Origin: Chloroflexota bacterium
GTDB taxonomy: Bacteria > Chloroflexota > UBA11872 > VXOZ01
Assembly (NCBI GenBank): GCA_963662335.2
Contig: CAXXVD010000002.1
Location: 512,001 to 576,000 of the forward strand
Direction of reading: 5' to 3'
Length of the DNA: 64,000 bases
The notes beneath the pieces are model-generated. The model did no database searches. It saw only the letters and a program-made list of their open reading frames with translations, and was not told the DNA's origin. A program made the position numbers and the translations under genes. Shown here in pieces: positions 38,357 through 48,595 of the stretch. How positions within the stretch are numbered: position 1 is the stretch's first letter; the number at the start of each line of letters is the position of its first letter.

Positions 38357-39427
38357 CTAACCGGCAACGGCCTGCGTCGCGAGCAGTTTCGGATAGTCGA
38401 TGTACATGGCGGCGCGGGCGTGGGCCATGGTTGCGCCGCCCACCGCCTGGGTTTGCTCAATGCCGCCGCGCAAGACTTCCGGCACGATGTCCGGGTCCTG
38501 TGCAAAGGCTTCGCGCCGCTCGCGGATGGGGTCGAGCATCCCGTTGAGGGCGGCGACCAGTTTGCGCTTCACCTCCACGTCGCCGACGCGGCCCTTGCGG
38601 TAGCGGTCTTTCAGTTCGTCTACTTCGGCCACGTCCGGGTTGAAGGCGTCGTGGTACATGAAGACCGGGTTGCCCTCCACGTGGCCGGGATCGGTGGCGC
38701 GCAGCCGCGTGGGATCGGTGTACATGCTCATCACCTTCTTCTGCACGGAATCCGCGTCGTCGCTCAGCAGGATGACGTTGCCCAGGCTCTTGCTCATCTT
38801 CGCCTGGCCGTCGGTGCCCATGAGGCGCGGCACCTCGCTCAGGCGGTGGGTGCATTCCAGAAAGACGCGGTCGTAGGTGCGGTTGAACCAGCCGGCGATG
38901 TCGTTGGTGAGTTCCAGCAGCGGCAGTTGGTCTTCGCCCACCGGCACGCAGAGTTCGTCGCCGTCCACGTGGGGCGGCGGCGGCGTGAAGAGCAGCACGT
39001 CGGCGGCCTGGGAAACGGGATAATTGTAGAAGCCGAGGTTGCCGGCGCGCTCGCCGTATTGCGCGCGCTCGCTCTTGATGGTGGGATTGCGCTCGACGTA
39101 GGCCATGGGCGTGAGCATCGAGAAATAGGTGGTGAGTTCGGTCAGGTCTTGAATCTGGCTTTGCAGCACGAAGAAGATGTTGGACTGCTTGGTGGGATCG
39201 AGCCCCACGGCAAGCCAGTCGAGCACCATTTCGCGCACCGATTCGACGATGCGGCGCGGCTCGTCGAAGTGCGTGCTAAAGGCCTGCACGTCGGCGAGCA
39301 GGAAGTAGCATTCGTACTCGCCCTGCATTTCGACCCAGTTGCGCAGCGCGCCGGCGTAATGGCCGAGATGCGCGGCGCCGGTGGTGCGCATGCCGGTGAG
39401 AATGCGTTTTTGGGGTGGTCGCTTCAC
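38357..39427 (-). CDS. trpS: Tryptophan--tRNA ligase
   Basis: HLGH (HIGH) motif, YPVSQAAD, VPVGEDQ and KMSKS. Confidence 0.95.
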   Translation of the reverse strand: MKRPPQKRILTGMRTTGAAHLGHYAGALRNWVEMQGEYECYFLLADVQAFSTHFDEPRRIVESVREMVLDWLAVGLDPTKQSNIFFVLQSQIQDLTELTTYFSMLTPMAYVERNPTIKSERAQYGERAGNLGFYNYPVSQAADVLLFTPPPPHVDGDELCVPVGEDQLPLLELTNDIAGWFNRTYDRVFLECTHRLSEVPRLMGTDGQAKMSKSLGNVILLSDDADSVQKKVMSMYTDPTRLRATDPGHVEGNPVFMYHDAFNPDVAEVDELKDRYRKGRVGDVEVKRKLVAALNGMLDPIRERREAFAQDPDIVPEVLRGGIEQTQAVGGATMAHARAAMYIDYPKLLATQAVAG

Positions 39428-39569
39428 AGTAGTCTGTCCTCCTCGCTTCGGCTCAAGCGATCATGTGATTAGAGGTGCTTCTTCTCGCTGGTGTTTGGTT
39501 GACATCTACATGCGAACGTCTGCGAGGAAACTCCGTCATCAATTTGAAAATGGCGCGGCGGCCTCCGTT

Positions 39570-39589
39570 ATTCCCGCGAAAGCGGGAAT
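39570..39589. repeat. Short palindrome ATTCCCGCGAAAGCGGGAAT (REP-H)
   Basis: Related copy GTCATTCCGGCGAAAGCCGGAATC on the minus strand at 40628-40651. Confidence 0.7.
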
Positions 39590-39717
39590 CCAGCGACCCG
39601 CACGCATACGCGCTGTCCCAGGCGGATGCAAGCTGCCGTGCTGCGCCCTAGATTCCTCGCTGCGCTCGGAATGACATGTACGGGCATGTGACACATTAGT
39701 TCCAAAGTCCACCTTGC

Positions 39718-39927
39718 CTAGTCTTCCCACCACTCCAGCGACTTACGCTGAAGTTCGAGGGAGGTGTACTGATCGCGATACTCGCGCAATCCACCGGCCC
39801 AGTTCAACCGCAATTTGCCTTTCCGGCGCGGCTTTGCCTTCTTTTCCAGCAGGAATTGCGCAAAGTCATAGACTTCCTGCTGCAACTCCGGCGGCAATTC
39901 CCGCACCAACTCCTCGAGTGTTTTCAT
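39718..39927 (-). CDS. DUF2281-like small protein (antitoxin-like)
   Basis: LPPELQQEVYDFAQFLLEK..LNWAGGLREYRDQYTSLELQ. ATGA overlap with the trpF stop. Confidence 0.75.
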   Translation of the reverse strand: MKTLEELVRELPPELQQEVYDFAQFLLEKKAKPRRKGKLRLNWAGGLREYRDQYTSLELQRKSLEWWED

Positions 39928-40610
39928 TGTGTTTCCTCTCTCAGTTGCGCAGTATCTCTTGCCCGGCGGATGAATGCCGCAATCTTGTCAGGGTCTTTCC
40001 TGCCGCCGGTTTCCACGCCGCTGCTCACGTCCACGCCCCAGGGCTGCACTTGGGCAACGGCGGCGCCGACATTGTCCGGAGAGAGTCCACCGGCGATGAG
40101 AAATCGACGGTCGCGCGGCACGCCACCGCCCAAGCTCCAATCCCAGGTTTGCCCAGTGCCGCCGGGTCCGTTGTCGGCGCCTTCCAGCACAAAAGCGGTG
40201 GCGTCCGTATATGGGGTCATACGTTCGTAGTCTTCTGCGGAATGCAGGTTGATGACTTTCCAGTGCATCATGCCCAACGCCGCGCAATAGTCGGGAGACT
40301 CCGCGCCGCACAACTGGGCGTATTGGAGCCCACTTACGGCGGCGACATTACGCACGGTTGCTGGGTCTTCGTTGACAAAGAGCCCCACGGCGGGCGGGCA
40401 CGCGGAGCCAAGTTGACGAATGATAGCGCCCGTATCTTCGACGGTCATGCACCGGCGTCTGCCCTTCACAAAGATGAAGCCGAGGAAGTCCGCGCCGTGG
40501 GCTGCGGCGGCTTCCGCGTCGGCCAGCGCCATGAGGCCGCAGATCTTCACTTTGGGCGCATTGGCAATTTGCTCGGTGATCTTCATGTAAGAGCTATAGG
40601 GAAATTTCAT
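39924..40610 (-). CDS. trpF: Phosphoribosylanthranilate isomerase
   Basis: KVKICGL, GGTGQTWDW, AGGLSPDNV and VDVSSGVE. Confidence 0.93.
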   Translation of the reverse strand: MKFPYSSYMKITEQIANAPKVKICGLMALADAEAAAAHGADFLGFIFVKGRRRCMTVEDTGAIIRQLGSACPPAVGLFVNEDPATVRNVAAVSGLQYAQLCGAESPDYCAALGMMHWKVINLHSAEDYERMTPYTDATAFVLEGADNGPGGTGQTWDWSLGGGVPRDRRFLIAGGLSPDNVGAAVAQVQPWGVDVSSGVETGGRKDPDKIAAFIRRARDTAQLREETQ

Positions 40611-41452
40611 TCGATTGCCTCACTCTGGATTCCGGCTTTCGCCGGAATGACTGATGAAGGGTTCGCGGAAGAAACTTGTGAGGCGGCTACTAGTTCAGCC
40701 ACTTTTGCCGCCGTGTCAGGAGCCGTAACCAATGCTTCACCGATGAGCATGGCGTCTACGCCCCAGCCGCGCAGCCGCGCCACGTCCGCGGGCGTGTGGA
40801 TGCCGCTTTCGCTAATCACCAGGCGGTCGCTGGGAATGAGCGCGCGGAGCTTGGCCGTGGTCTCCAACGTCGTCTCGAAGGTGTGGAGGTTGCGGTTGTT
40901 GATGCCGATGATTGGCGCGTCCACGTCCAGGGCGCGCGCGGTTTCATCCGCCGTGTGCACTTCCACTATGGCGGCCATGCCCCAGTCCGCCGCGCAGCGC
41001 AGCAAGGCCCGCAGGCGCGGCTGGGGCAATGCGGCCACGATGAGAAGCACCGCGTCGGCCCCCGCCGCGCGGGCCTCTACGACGTGGTATTCGTCTGTCG
41101 TGAAGTCTTTGCGCAACGCGGGCAGGGACGTGGCGGCGCGCGCGGCTCCCAAGTCCGCCAGCGATCCTTGGAAGAACCGCTCGTCGGTGAGCACGGAGAG
41201 GGCGCTAGCGCCGCCGGCTTCATAGGTTTGGGCGAGCGCCGCCGGATCAAGGCCGGGCGCGAAGACGCCTTTGGAGGGTGAGGCGCGCTTGATCTCGGCA
41301 ATCAGGCGAATGCCGTCTTGCCGCAGCGCGGCGGCGAAGTCGCGGGGCGGCTCCGTCGCCTCGGCCCTCTTCACCAGACCCGCAAGCGGAACGGCCGCTT
41401 GCCGCTCTGCCAATTCGCGTTCCTTATGTTCCAAGATGGTGTCCAGAATCAT
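40607..41452 (-). CDS. trpC: Indole-3-glycerol phosphate synthase
   Basis: IAEIKRASPSKG, SVLTD, LRKDF, GINNRNL and ISESGI. Start at MILDTIL. Confidence 0.95.
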   Translation of the reverse strand: MILDTILEHKERELAERQAAVPLAGLVKRAEATEPPRDFAAALRQDGIRLIAEIKRASPSKGVFAPGLDPAALAQTYEAGGASALSVLTDERFFQGSLADLGAARAATSLPALRKDFTTDEYHVVEARAAGADAVLLIVAALPQPRLRALLRCAADWGMAAIVEVHTADETARALDVDAPIIGINNRNLHTFETTLETTAKLRALIPSDRLVISESGIHTPADVARLRGWGVDAMLIGEALVTAPDTAAKVAELVAASQVSSANPSSVIPAKAGIQSEAIE

Positions 41453-41493
41453 GTGTTTTGTTCTTTCACCCTCACCCTCTCCCTCGGGAAGAG

Positions 41494-41640
41494 CTGACAG
41501 GGGTAGGTACTCTATAATCGACTTCACCTGTCATTCCGAACGGAGCGCAGAGGAGTGAGGAATCTAAAGCGCCGCCCTGGAAAATCAGCATCTCTAGATT
41601 CCTCGCTGCGCTCGGAATGACATTTACCTGCCCCTGTCAG
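41494..41640. mobile_element. MITE family 2, copy 3 (147 bp), between trpD and trpC
   Basis: TIRs CTGACAGGGGTAGGTA / TACCTGCCCCTGTCAG. Flanks CTCGGGAAGAG (41483-41493) and CTCGGGGAGAG (41641-41651). Confidence 0.85.
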
Positions 41641-41699
41641 CTCGGGGAGAGGGGACAAGAGTTGAGCCGCGTTTCTATTAGCCTCATCTAGATACGGCG

Positions 41700-42716
41700 C
41701 TAGGCGAGACTCTGACTGAGGCTGGCGAACGCTTCCAGCTTGGCGGCGGCCTGGCCGCTGTCGATGGCGGCGGCGGCTTGCCGCGCGCCCTCTTTCCAGT
41801 CAGTGGCGCGGCCGCTCACGACGAGACCGGCGGCGGCGTTCATGACCACTACGTCCCGGCGTGGACCCGGCGCTCCGGCCATCACGTCGCGCACGTACTG
41901 GGCGTTTTCTGCCACCGAGCCGCCCGCAATTTCACTCACCGGCGCGGTGGCGAGGCCGAAGTCCGCCGGCTCCAGGCGGTAGCTTTGCACACTACTGCCG
42001 TTCCACTCCGTCACCAACGTCGGGCCGCTCAGGGAAATTTCGTCCACGCCGTCGGCCTCGCCGTGCACGACCAGCGCCCGGCGCACGCCCAGCGCGCTCA
42101 GGGCGTGGGCGATGTCATCCGCTTGACCCGGGTCGGCGACGCCGAACACGCGGTAGCTTGCCCCGGCGGGATTGGTGAGCGGGCCGAGGATATTGAAGAT
42201 GGTGCGGATGCCGATTTCGCGGCGCAGCGGCGCGGCGAACTTCATCGCGGGATGGTACGCCTGCGCGAACATGAAGCCAATGCCGACCTGCTCGATACAC
42301 TGCGCCACCGCGTCCGGGCCCAATTCTATCTGCACGCTGAGCGCTTCCAGCACGTCGGCGCTGCCGCAGGCGCTGCTCATGGCGCGGTTGCCGTGCTTCG
42401 CCACCGGCTGGCCGGCCGCGGCCAGGACGATGGCATTGGCGGTGGAGACGTTGAACGTGCCCACGCCGTCGCCGCCGGTGCCGCAGGTGTCGGCAACCGG
42501 TTGGCTGACGGCAACCGGCAGGGCTTTCGCGCGCATGACGCCAAGACACCCGGCAATCTCGTCGGCGGTCTCGCCCTTGGCGCGGAGCGCCGTCACGAAC
42601 GCGCCGAACTGCGCCGGGGTGCAGGCCGCGTCCATGATCTCGGTCATCACTTCAGCCGCTTCGGCGCGGGTGAGCGACGCGCCCTCGATTACCTTGACAG
42701 TTGCTTCAAGTATCAT
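41700..42716 (-). CDS. trpD: Anthranilate phosphoribosyltransferase
   Basis: DTCGTGGDG, NVST, KHGNR, GSADVLE and FNILGPLTNP. Confidence 0.96.
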   Translation of the reverse strand: MILEATVKVIEGASLTRAEAAEVMTEIMDAACTPAQFGAFVTALRAKGETADEIAGCLGVMRAKALPVAVSQPVADTCGTGGDGVGTFNVSTANAIVLAAAGQPVAKHGNRAMSSACGSADVLEALSVQIELGPDAVAQCIEQVGIGFMFAQAYHPAMKFAAPLRREIGIRTIFNILGPLTNPAGASYRVFGVADPGQADDIAHALSALGVRRALVVHGEADGVDEISLSGPTLVTEWNGSSVQSYRLEPADFGLATAPVSEIAGGSVAENAQYVRDVMAGAPGPRRDVVVMNAAAGLVVSGRATDWKEGARQAAAAIDSGQAAAKLEAFASLSQSLA

Positions 42717-42744
42717 CTCTCCGCTCCCTTATGCGCGGCAGCCG

Positions 42745-43335
42745 CTAGCGTTTTCCGTGTTCATGTTGCTCAACGATATCGAGGAAGTTCTGCAGGAGTT
42801 TTTTGCCCCCAACGGTCAGAATGGACTCCGGGTGAAACTGCACCCCGTACACCGGATAGTCCCGGTGGCGCACGCTCATGATCGTGCCGTCGTCTGCTGT
42901 GGCCGTCACGTCGAGGACCGGCGGCAAGCGCTCCGGATCGATGATCAGCGAGTGGTAGCGCGTGGCGACAAACGGGTTCTCAAGTCCGGCAAAGACGTCG
43001 CTGCCCTGGTGATGGATGAGCGAAGTCTTGCCGTGCATGAGCGTCTGGGCGCGAATCACGTTCCCCCCAAAAACCTGGCCGATACACTGGTGGCCGAGAC
43101 AGACGCCCAGTAACGGCACCTTTCCCGCAGCCTGGGCGATGAGGTCGGTTGAAATGCCCGCCTCAGTGGGCGTGCAGGGGCCTGGCGAGACCACGATGCC
43201 GTCAGGCGATTGCGCCAATACCTCCGCCACCGTCGTCTTGTCGTTGCGCGCCACTGTCATTTCCGCGCCCAGTTCGCCCAGGTACTGCACCAGATTGTAG
43301 GTGAACGAATCGTAGTTATCCAGCATGAAGATCAC
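42745..43335 (-). CDS. trpG: Anthranilate synthase component II (glutamine amidotransferase)
   Basis: [26 protein letters not shown] and QFHPES. Confidence 0.95.
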   Translation of the reverse strand: MIFMLDNYDSFTYNLVQYLGELGAEMTVARNDKTTVAEVLAQSPDGIVVSPGPCTPTEAGISTDLIAQAAGKVPLLGVCLGHQCIGQVFGGNVIRAQTLMHGKTSLIHHQGSDVFAGLENPFVATRYHSLIIDPERLPPVLDVTATADDGTIMSVRHRDYPVYGVQFHPESILTVGGKKLLQNFLDIVEQHEHGKR

Positions 43336-44836
43336 GTTCCATCTCCTCCGCGACGTCGATTGCGCGCATGGTCGAGGCGGCCTTGTTGCAAACTTCCTGG
43401 TACTCTTCTTCGGGGTCGGAGTCCGCCACGATGCCGCCGCCGGCCTGGATGTACGCCGTGTTGTCTTTCACCGTCATCGTGCGAATCGTGATTGCCATGT
43501 CCATGTTGCCGGAGTAGTCGAAGTAGCCGACCGCGCCGCCGTAGGGCCCCCGCGCGGCGCCTTCAAGCTCGGAGATGATCTCCATGGCCCGCACCTTGGG
43601 CGCGCCGGAGAGGGTGCCGGCCGGAAAGCACGAGCGCAAGGCGTCGAAGGCCGTCTTGCCCGGCGCGAGTTCGCCTTCCACTTGCGAGACGATGTGCATC
43701 ACGTGGGAGAACTCTTCCACCACCATGAGCGTCGGCACGTGCACCGAGCCGGGACGGCAGACGCGCCCGAGGTCGTTGCGCCCCAGGTCAACGAGCATGA
43801 TGTGTTCGGCGCGTTCCTTCTCGCTGGCGAGCAATTCCGCGGCCAGCGCGGCGTCTTCCTCCGGCGTGGCGCCCCGGCGGCGGGTGCCGGCGATGGGGCG
43901 GGTGGTGGCGTGGGAGCCCTCCACGCGCACCAGCATCTCCGGCGACGCGCCGACGATCTGCACGTCGTCCAGGTTGAGGTAGAACATGTACGGCGAGGGG
44001 TTGATCATGCGCAGCGCCCGGTAGACCGAATAGGGATGCACGCCCAGGGGCCGGGACCAGCGCAGGCCGAGCACCGCCTGGATGATGTCGCCGGCGGCGA
44101 TGTACTCTTTCGCGGCGCGTACCATCGCGTGGTGGTCCGCCTCGGCCATGCTTGGGGTGGCCGGGCCGGGGGCGCCCGCGCCGCGCACGTTTGGCACCGC
44201 CTGGCGCAGGCGGGCGCCGGTTTCCTCGATCGCGTCCACCGCCGCATCATAGTTCGAGCCAACGTCGCCGTGGGGCGAGACGTAGGCAATGATGGTGAGG
44301 CTGTGCTTCACGTGGTCGAACATGATGAGGCTATCCGTGAACATGAAGATCGCCTCGGGCACGGGCGGCGCGTCCGCGGCCGGCAGGGGCACGCGCGGCT
44401 CGAAGTAGCGCACGGTTTCATAGCCCAAATAGCCTACGGCGCCGCCCTGGAAGCGCGGCAGGCCGGGCATCACGGCCAGAGCGGTCTTGGCGATTTCCTC
44501 TGCCAGCAGCGCCAGCGGATCGGCGTAGGCGCGGGTCTCGCGCGTGCCGTTTTGGGAGCGGATTGCCGTGCCCTTGTCCATGCGGATGGTGGTGGAAGGA
44601 TTCACGCCAATGAACGAGTAGCGGCCCAGGCTTTCGCCCCCTTGCACGCTTTCCAGCAGGAACGAGTAGTCGCCTTGGGCGAGCTTGAGGTAAGCGGAGA
44701 CCGGGGTTTCCAGGTCCGCGGGAATGGTGCGCGATAGCGGCACGGTCAGCCCCTGCGCGGTGAGTGCCTCCACGGTTTCGAAGTCCGGCTGGATGCCCGT
44801 AAATACGGCGCCCGGCGCGGTTTGTACGACAGCCAT
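43316..44836 (-). CDS. trpE: Anthranilate synthase component I
   Basis: [33 protein letters not shown] and [11 protein letters not shown]. Confidence 0.96.
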   Translation of the reverse strand: MAVVQTAPGAVFTGIQPDFETVEALTAQGLTVPLSRTIPADLETPVSAYLKLAQGDYSFLLESVQGGESLGRYSFIGVNPSTTIRMDKGTAIRSQNGTRETRAYADPLALLAEEIAKTALAVMPGLPRFQGGAVGYLGYETVRYFEPRVPLPAADAPPVPEAIFMFTDSLIMFDHVKHSLTIIAYVSPHGDVGSNYDAAVDAIEETGARLRQAVPNVRGAGAPGPATPSMAEADHHAMVRAAKEYIAAGDIIQAVLGLRWSRPLGVHPYSVYRALRMINPSPYMFYLNLDDVQIVGASPEMLVRVEGSHATTRPIAGTRRRGATPEEDAALAAELLASEKERAEHIMLVDLGRNDLGRVCRPGSVHVPTLMVVEEFSHVMHIVSQVEGELAPGKTAFDALRSCFPAGTLSGAPKVRAMEIISELEGAARGPYGGAVGYFDYSGNMDMAITIRTMTVKDNTAYIQAGGGIVADSDPEEEYQEVCNKAASTMRAIDVAEEMERDLHAG

Positions 44837-44867
44837 TATTCTTCCTCGTGCGGGCCGTTGCTACCTT

Positions 44868-45190
44868 AAACGAAAAATGCTCGTCCCCAAAGGGACGAGA
44901 CATAGCCTCGCGGTGCCACCCTTCTTGGCCGCAATGCGCGGCCCGCTTCGTTTGCTCAAGCACTCCCCGCCAAGCGGTTTCATGCTTGCCCCAAGGTATA
45001 CGGTAGGGGTTCCGGTGGCGCCTACTTGGCAACCGCAGCAAGCAGACGCCTTGCGTCATGCGCTTGCCGGGCCGTCGTTCGGGCCACGGCTCACAGGCCC
45101 ATTCCGCTCACCGCGCGCCGCCGGGATTTCACCAGTTCCCGGCTCTCTGGAGGCCGCCTTGCGAGCGTACTCTTCCTGATCATCGCCTTT
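44868..45190 (-). ncRNA. T-box riboswitch (Trp specifier) with terminator
   Basis: On the minus strand: stem I start GGCGATGATCAGGAAGAGTA, AGAGA/GGTGAAA elements, GAA-TGG specifier (45099-45101), T-box AAGGGTGGCACCGCG (about 44910-44924), and hairpin CTCGTCCCTTTGGGGACGAG followed by a T-tract. Confidence 0.92.
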
Positions 45191-45212
45191 GGAATCTTCA
45201 CTTGTGCCTCGT

Positions 45213-45241
45213 ATTCTAGGGCAGCCGCCGCGCGCTGTCAA
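45213..45241 (-). promoter_or_regulatory. Sigma70 promoter of the trp operon
   Basis: TTGACA-N17-TAGAAT on the minus strand. The -35 overlaps the upstream gene's stop codon. Confidence 0.8.
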
Positions 45242-46227
45242 GGGCGCGAGAGCACGACGGTGGGCGTGGGCTCGATAATGATGGCCGGCAATGGCGGTTT
45301 CTTGCGCTTGGGCGGGTGCAAGATTTCGGAGACCTTGACGATGCGGTAGCCTTCTTGCTTTAGGTCAGTCAAGATGTCGGGCAACGCCTCCATCGTGTGG
45401 TGGCTGGCCAGATGGGCAAGGATGATCGCGCCGTTCTGGAGTCGCTCGCGGATGCGCTGCCGGATCAGCGCCGGCGTAGCGTCTTCGCGCCAGTCGATGG
45501 TGTCAATCGTCCAGTAGATGCTCCAGTAGCCTTCGCGGACGACGAGGTCGAGGACGTGGGGATTGCGCGCGCCGTAGGGGGCGCGGAACCAGGGCTTGGT
45601 GCTCACGCCCCCAACCCGCTTCACGGCTTCTTCCGTGCGCCGGATCTCGCGGCGGATGGCGTCATCCTCGAGTGTGGTAAAGTCGGGGTGGGCGTAGCTG
45701 TGGTTCCCGATTTCGTGCCCGTCGGCGATCATCTGCTTGAGCAGTTCCGGGTAGCGGTCGGCGAATTCGCCGGTGATGAAGATGGTGACGCGCACGCCGT
45801 GCCGGCGCAGCGTTTCCAGCATGGACGGCGTGAAGGTGGCAGTGGAACCGGCGTCGAAGGTGAGAGCGACCGCGCGCGCCTCAGGGTCTCCGCGGCGCAC
45901 CTCCCAGATGCGGGTTGCGTAAGGAAGGCCCGTGAAGTCCGGCGTGGGAGACGGGGTTGGCGTCGGCGCGGCGGTTGGGATTGGCCGTGCGCCGGTACGC
46001 GTTGCCGGGCCCGGCGCTAAGACTATGGGCGTCGGCGGCGCCGTGGCGGCCGGCGCGCTGCCGCCAAGCGCGGCGCGCTCCGAGCCGGTCGCGCTGCACG
46101 CGGCCAGGACGAGCGCGCCGAGCAGCGGGCGCCACAGCCACGCGGGCACGAGAGACCGCACGCCCGCGAGCGTGTACGGCGCTGTGAGCAAAGCGAAAAC
46201 GCGAGAACGCGGGGACTTCCTAAGCAA
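45238..46227 (-). CDS. Polysaccharide deacetylase (NodB/CE4) lipoprotein
   Basis: LAAC lipobox, Pro/Thr linker, ALTFDAG, HEIGNHSYAH, FRAPYG, DTIDW and IILAH. The start is uncertain. Confidence 0.85.
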   Translation of the reverse strand: MLRKSPRSRVFALLTAPYTLAGVRSLVPAWLWRPLLGALVLAACSATGSERAALGGSAPAATAPPTPIVLAPGPATRTGARPIPTAAPTPTPSPTPDFTGLPYATRIWEVRRGDPEARAVALTFDAGSTATFTPSMLETLRRHGVRVTIFITGEFADRYPELLKQMIADGHEIGNHSYAHPDFTTLEDDAIRREIRRTEEAVKRVGGVSTKPWFRAPYGARNPHVLDLVVREGYWSIYWTIDTIDWREDATPALIRQRIRERLQNGAIILAHLASHHTMEALPDILTDLKQEGYRIVKVSEILHPPKRKKPPLPAIIIEPTPTVVLSRP

Positions 46228-46506
46228 GACACTACCCTTGCAGAGAGCAACAACGCGTAACGACCGGTCGGTGTATTCGAGGAGATTGCAGCGCGGAGCG
46301 GCGGGCCTGGCGAGGATGAACGTGCGCTACACACGTATTCTAGCTTAATGCGAGGCCTGGCGCTAGGCGCTTTGCCCGAGATGAGCCTCCGATTCTCATA
46401 GCGCTTGCCCATTAAATGGTGAAGCGGGGGACAAGCCCCCGCGCTACGTGAGAGGTGGCAGGGGCAATCCGCGCTGCCGGGTCTAAAACGCGCAAAGGAG
46501 AACGCT

Positions 46507-47142
46507 ATGTCCCGCTCGGCGTTGCTGCGGGAACTGCGCGCAGCCAAGCTGACGGCCGTCGTGCGCACCAAGACGGCGGAACAGGCGGTGCAAACGGCGC
46601 AGGCGCTCTACGCCGCGGGCATACGGTTGGTGGAAATCACGTTTACCGTGCCGGACGCCGCGGCCGTGATCGCGGCGGTGGCGGCGGATAGGCCCGCCGA
46701 CTGCCTGGTGGGCGCGGGCACGGTGACGACCGCCGCGCAGGCGCAGGCGGCGCTGGCGGCCGGCGCGCAGTTCATCGTGGGCCCCGTGCACCGGCCCGCC
46801 CTGGTGGAACTGGCGCACGCGGCGGACGTGCCCGCCATCATGGCCGGCCTCACGCCCACTGAAATCCTGGACGTGCATGAGTCCGGTTCCGACATGGTGA
46901 AGGTCTTCCCCATCGACAGCGTGGGCGGGCCGGGCTACGTCAAGAGCGTGCTGGGGCCGTTGCCGGATGTTCCCATCGTGGCCTCCGGCGGCATCGGCTT
47001 CGATAACTACCGCGCCTACCTGGAGGCGGGCGCGGCCGGCGTGGCGCTCGGTTCCGGCCTCATGCCGCCGGCGCTCATCGACGCCGGCGACTATGCCGGC
47101 CTCACGGCCTGCGCGCGGCGGTTCGTGGAGGAATTGGCGTAA
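46507..47142 (+). CDS. eda: KDPG/KHG aldolase family protein
   Basis: AVVR, EITFT, VGAGTV, TPTE, VKVFP, GPLP and SGGI. Confidence 0.85.
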   Translation: MSRSALLRELRAAKLTAVVRTKTAEQAVQTAQALYAAGIRLVEITFTVPDAAAVIAAVAADRPADCLVGAGTVTTAAQAQAALAAGAQFIVGPVHRPALVELAHAADVPAIMAGLTPTEILDVHESGSDMVKVFPIDSVGGPGYVKSVLGPLPDVPIVASGGIGFDNYRAYLEAGAAGVALGSGLMPPALIDAGDYAGLTACARRFVEELA

Positions 47143-47472
47143 GCGTGCGCTCGCTGGGGCGTGGCATTCGAGTGTCATTCCGAGCGCAGCGAGGAATCTA
47201 GCGCGCGCGGCCAGCAATCGCTATCGTCGGATTGCCAGCGTCGGTAGCGCGGGGGCTTGTCCCCCGCCAGAGGGAGACAGTAGGACGCGATAGGGCTAGC
47301 CCATATGGTACGCAGGTTGCAAACCTGCGCTACCGGACACGCGCGGCGTGGTATTCACTGCCATTCGGCGTAGCGCGGGGGCTTGTCCCCCGCCTCTGCA
47401 GGCGCAAAAGAGGACTGACCGCATCTCCGCCTCTTGACGGCGTTTGCGGTTTTGCACCGGAAAGAATCGGCA

Positions 47473-48408
47473 ATGCCTGACATCCTCTCCCTGGGCGAGT
47501 GCATGGTGGAGTTCTTTGCCGAGGAGCCGCTGGCGGAGGCGGACACGGTGGAGAAGGCGTTCGCCGGCGACGCGCTCAATCTACTGGCGGCGGCGTCGCG
47601 CCTGGGCAGTTCGTGCGGCTTTCTCTCGCGCGTGGGCAACGATCCGTTTCAGCCTTTTCTGCTAAACGGTTGGCGGAGTCTGGGTATTGACACGTCCCAC
47701 GTCAAACGGGTTGAGGGGCGCAACGGCATCTATTTTATCTCCACCTACGGGCACGGTGAACGCGAGTTCACGTATTACCGGGCCGGCAGCGCGCCCAGCA
47801 CCATGACTCCCGATGATATAGACCCCGATTACATCGCGCAGGCGCGGGTGCTGCACGTCAGCGGCATTACGCTGGCTATCTCCGAATCGGCGCGGGCGAC
47901 GGCGCTGGCGGCGGCGCGCATTGCCAATGAGGCGCAGGTGTGCGTGTCGTTTGACCCCAATTTCCGGCCGGCGCTGTGGCCGGCGGAGGCGGCGCGGGCC
48001 GCGGCGGAAGAACTCCTGCCGCACGTGGACATCGCCCTGCCCAGCGGTCCCGAGGAATCGGAGCAGTTGTTCGGCTTGGCGAGCGCCGAGGAAACGGCAG
48101 ACTACCTGCGCGGCTTTGGCGCGTACGCGGTGGCGGTCAAGCTAGGCGAAGGCGGCGTGTACCTGAGCACGGCAGACGGCAAGCGGCACGTGCCCGCGTT
48201 GCCAGTGCCGCGCGTGGCGGACACCACCGGCGCGGGTGACGCCTTCGACGGCGCGTTCTTGCACGGGCTGGTGCGGAACATGCCGCCATTGGAAGCGGCG
48301 CGCCTGGGCGTGGTCATGGCCGGCCTCAAAGTGCGCGGCCGGGGGGCGATCGCCAGCCTGCCGGGGAAGGATGAGGTCGAAGCGGCGCTGGCCGCCTGGG
48401 ACACGTGA
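47473..48408 (+). CDS. PfkB-family sugar kinase (KdgK-like)
   Basis: LGECMVE, AGDALN, FDPNFRPALW and DTTGAGDAF. Confidence 0.85.
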   Translation: MPDILSLGECMVEFFAEEPLAEADTVEKAFAGDALNLLAAASRLGSSCGFLSRVGNDPFQPFLLNGWRSLGIDTSHVKRVEGRNGIYFISTYGHGEREFTYYRAGSAPSTMTPDDIDPDYIAQARVLHVSGITLAISESARATALAAARIANEAQVCVSFDPNFRPALWPAEAARAAAEELLPHVDIALPSGPEESEQLFGLASAEETADYLRGFGAYAVAVKLGEGGVYLSTADGKRHVPALPVPRVADTTGAGDAFDGAFLHGLVRNMPPLEAARLGVVMAGLKVRGRGAIASLPGKDEVEAALAAWDT

Positions 48409-48595
48409 ATGCCGAGGGGCCGGTGAGCGACGCGCGCCTACTGTCATTCCGAGCGTAAGCGAGGAATCTAGAGCGCAGCGCGAGGACCTATCATCGTGAA
48501 AGCAGAATCCCCAATGTGCCAAAGGCCCTGCGCCTGGTAACGTAGGGGCACGACATGTCGTGCCCCTACCGATGTCTTACCTGCAAACACGGCGG

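Noticed and set aside
37052-39472. 806-aa antisense ORF across trpB and trpS
   Set aside because: Antisense shadow of two well-supported genes that happen to share a frame. The composition is typical of shadow ORFs.
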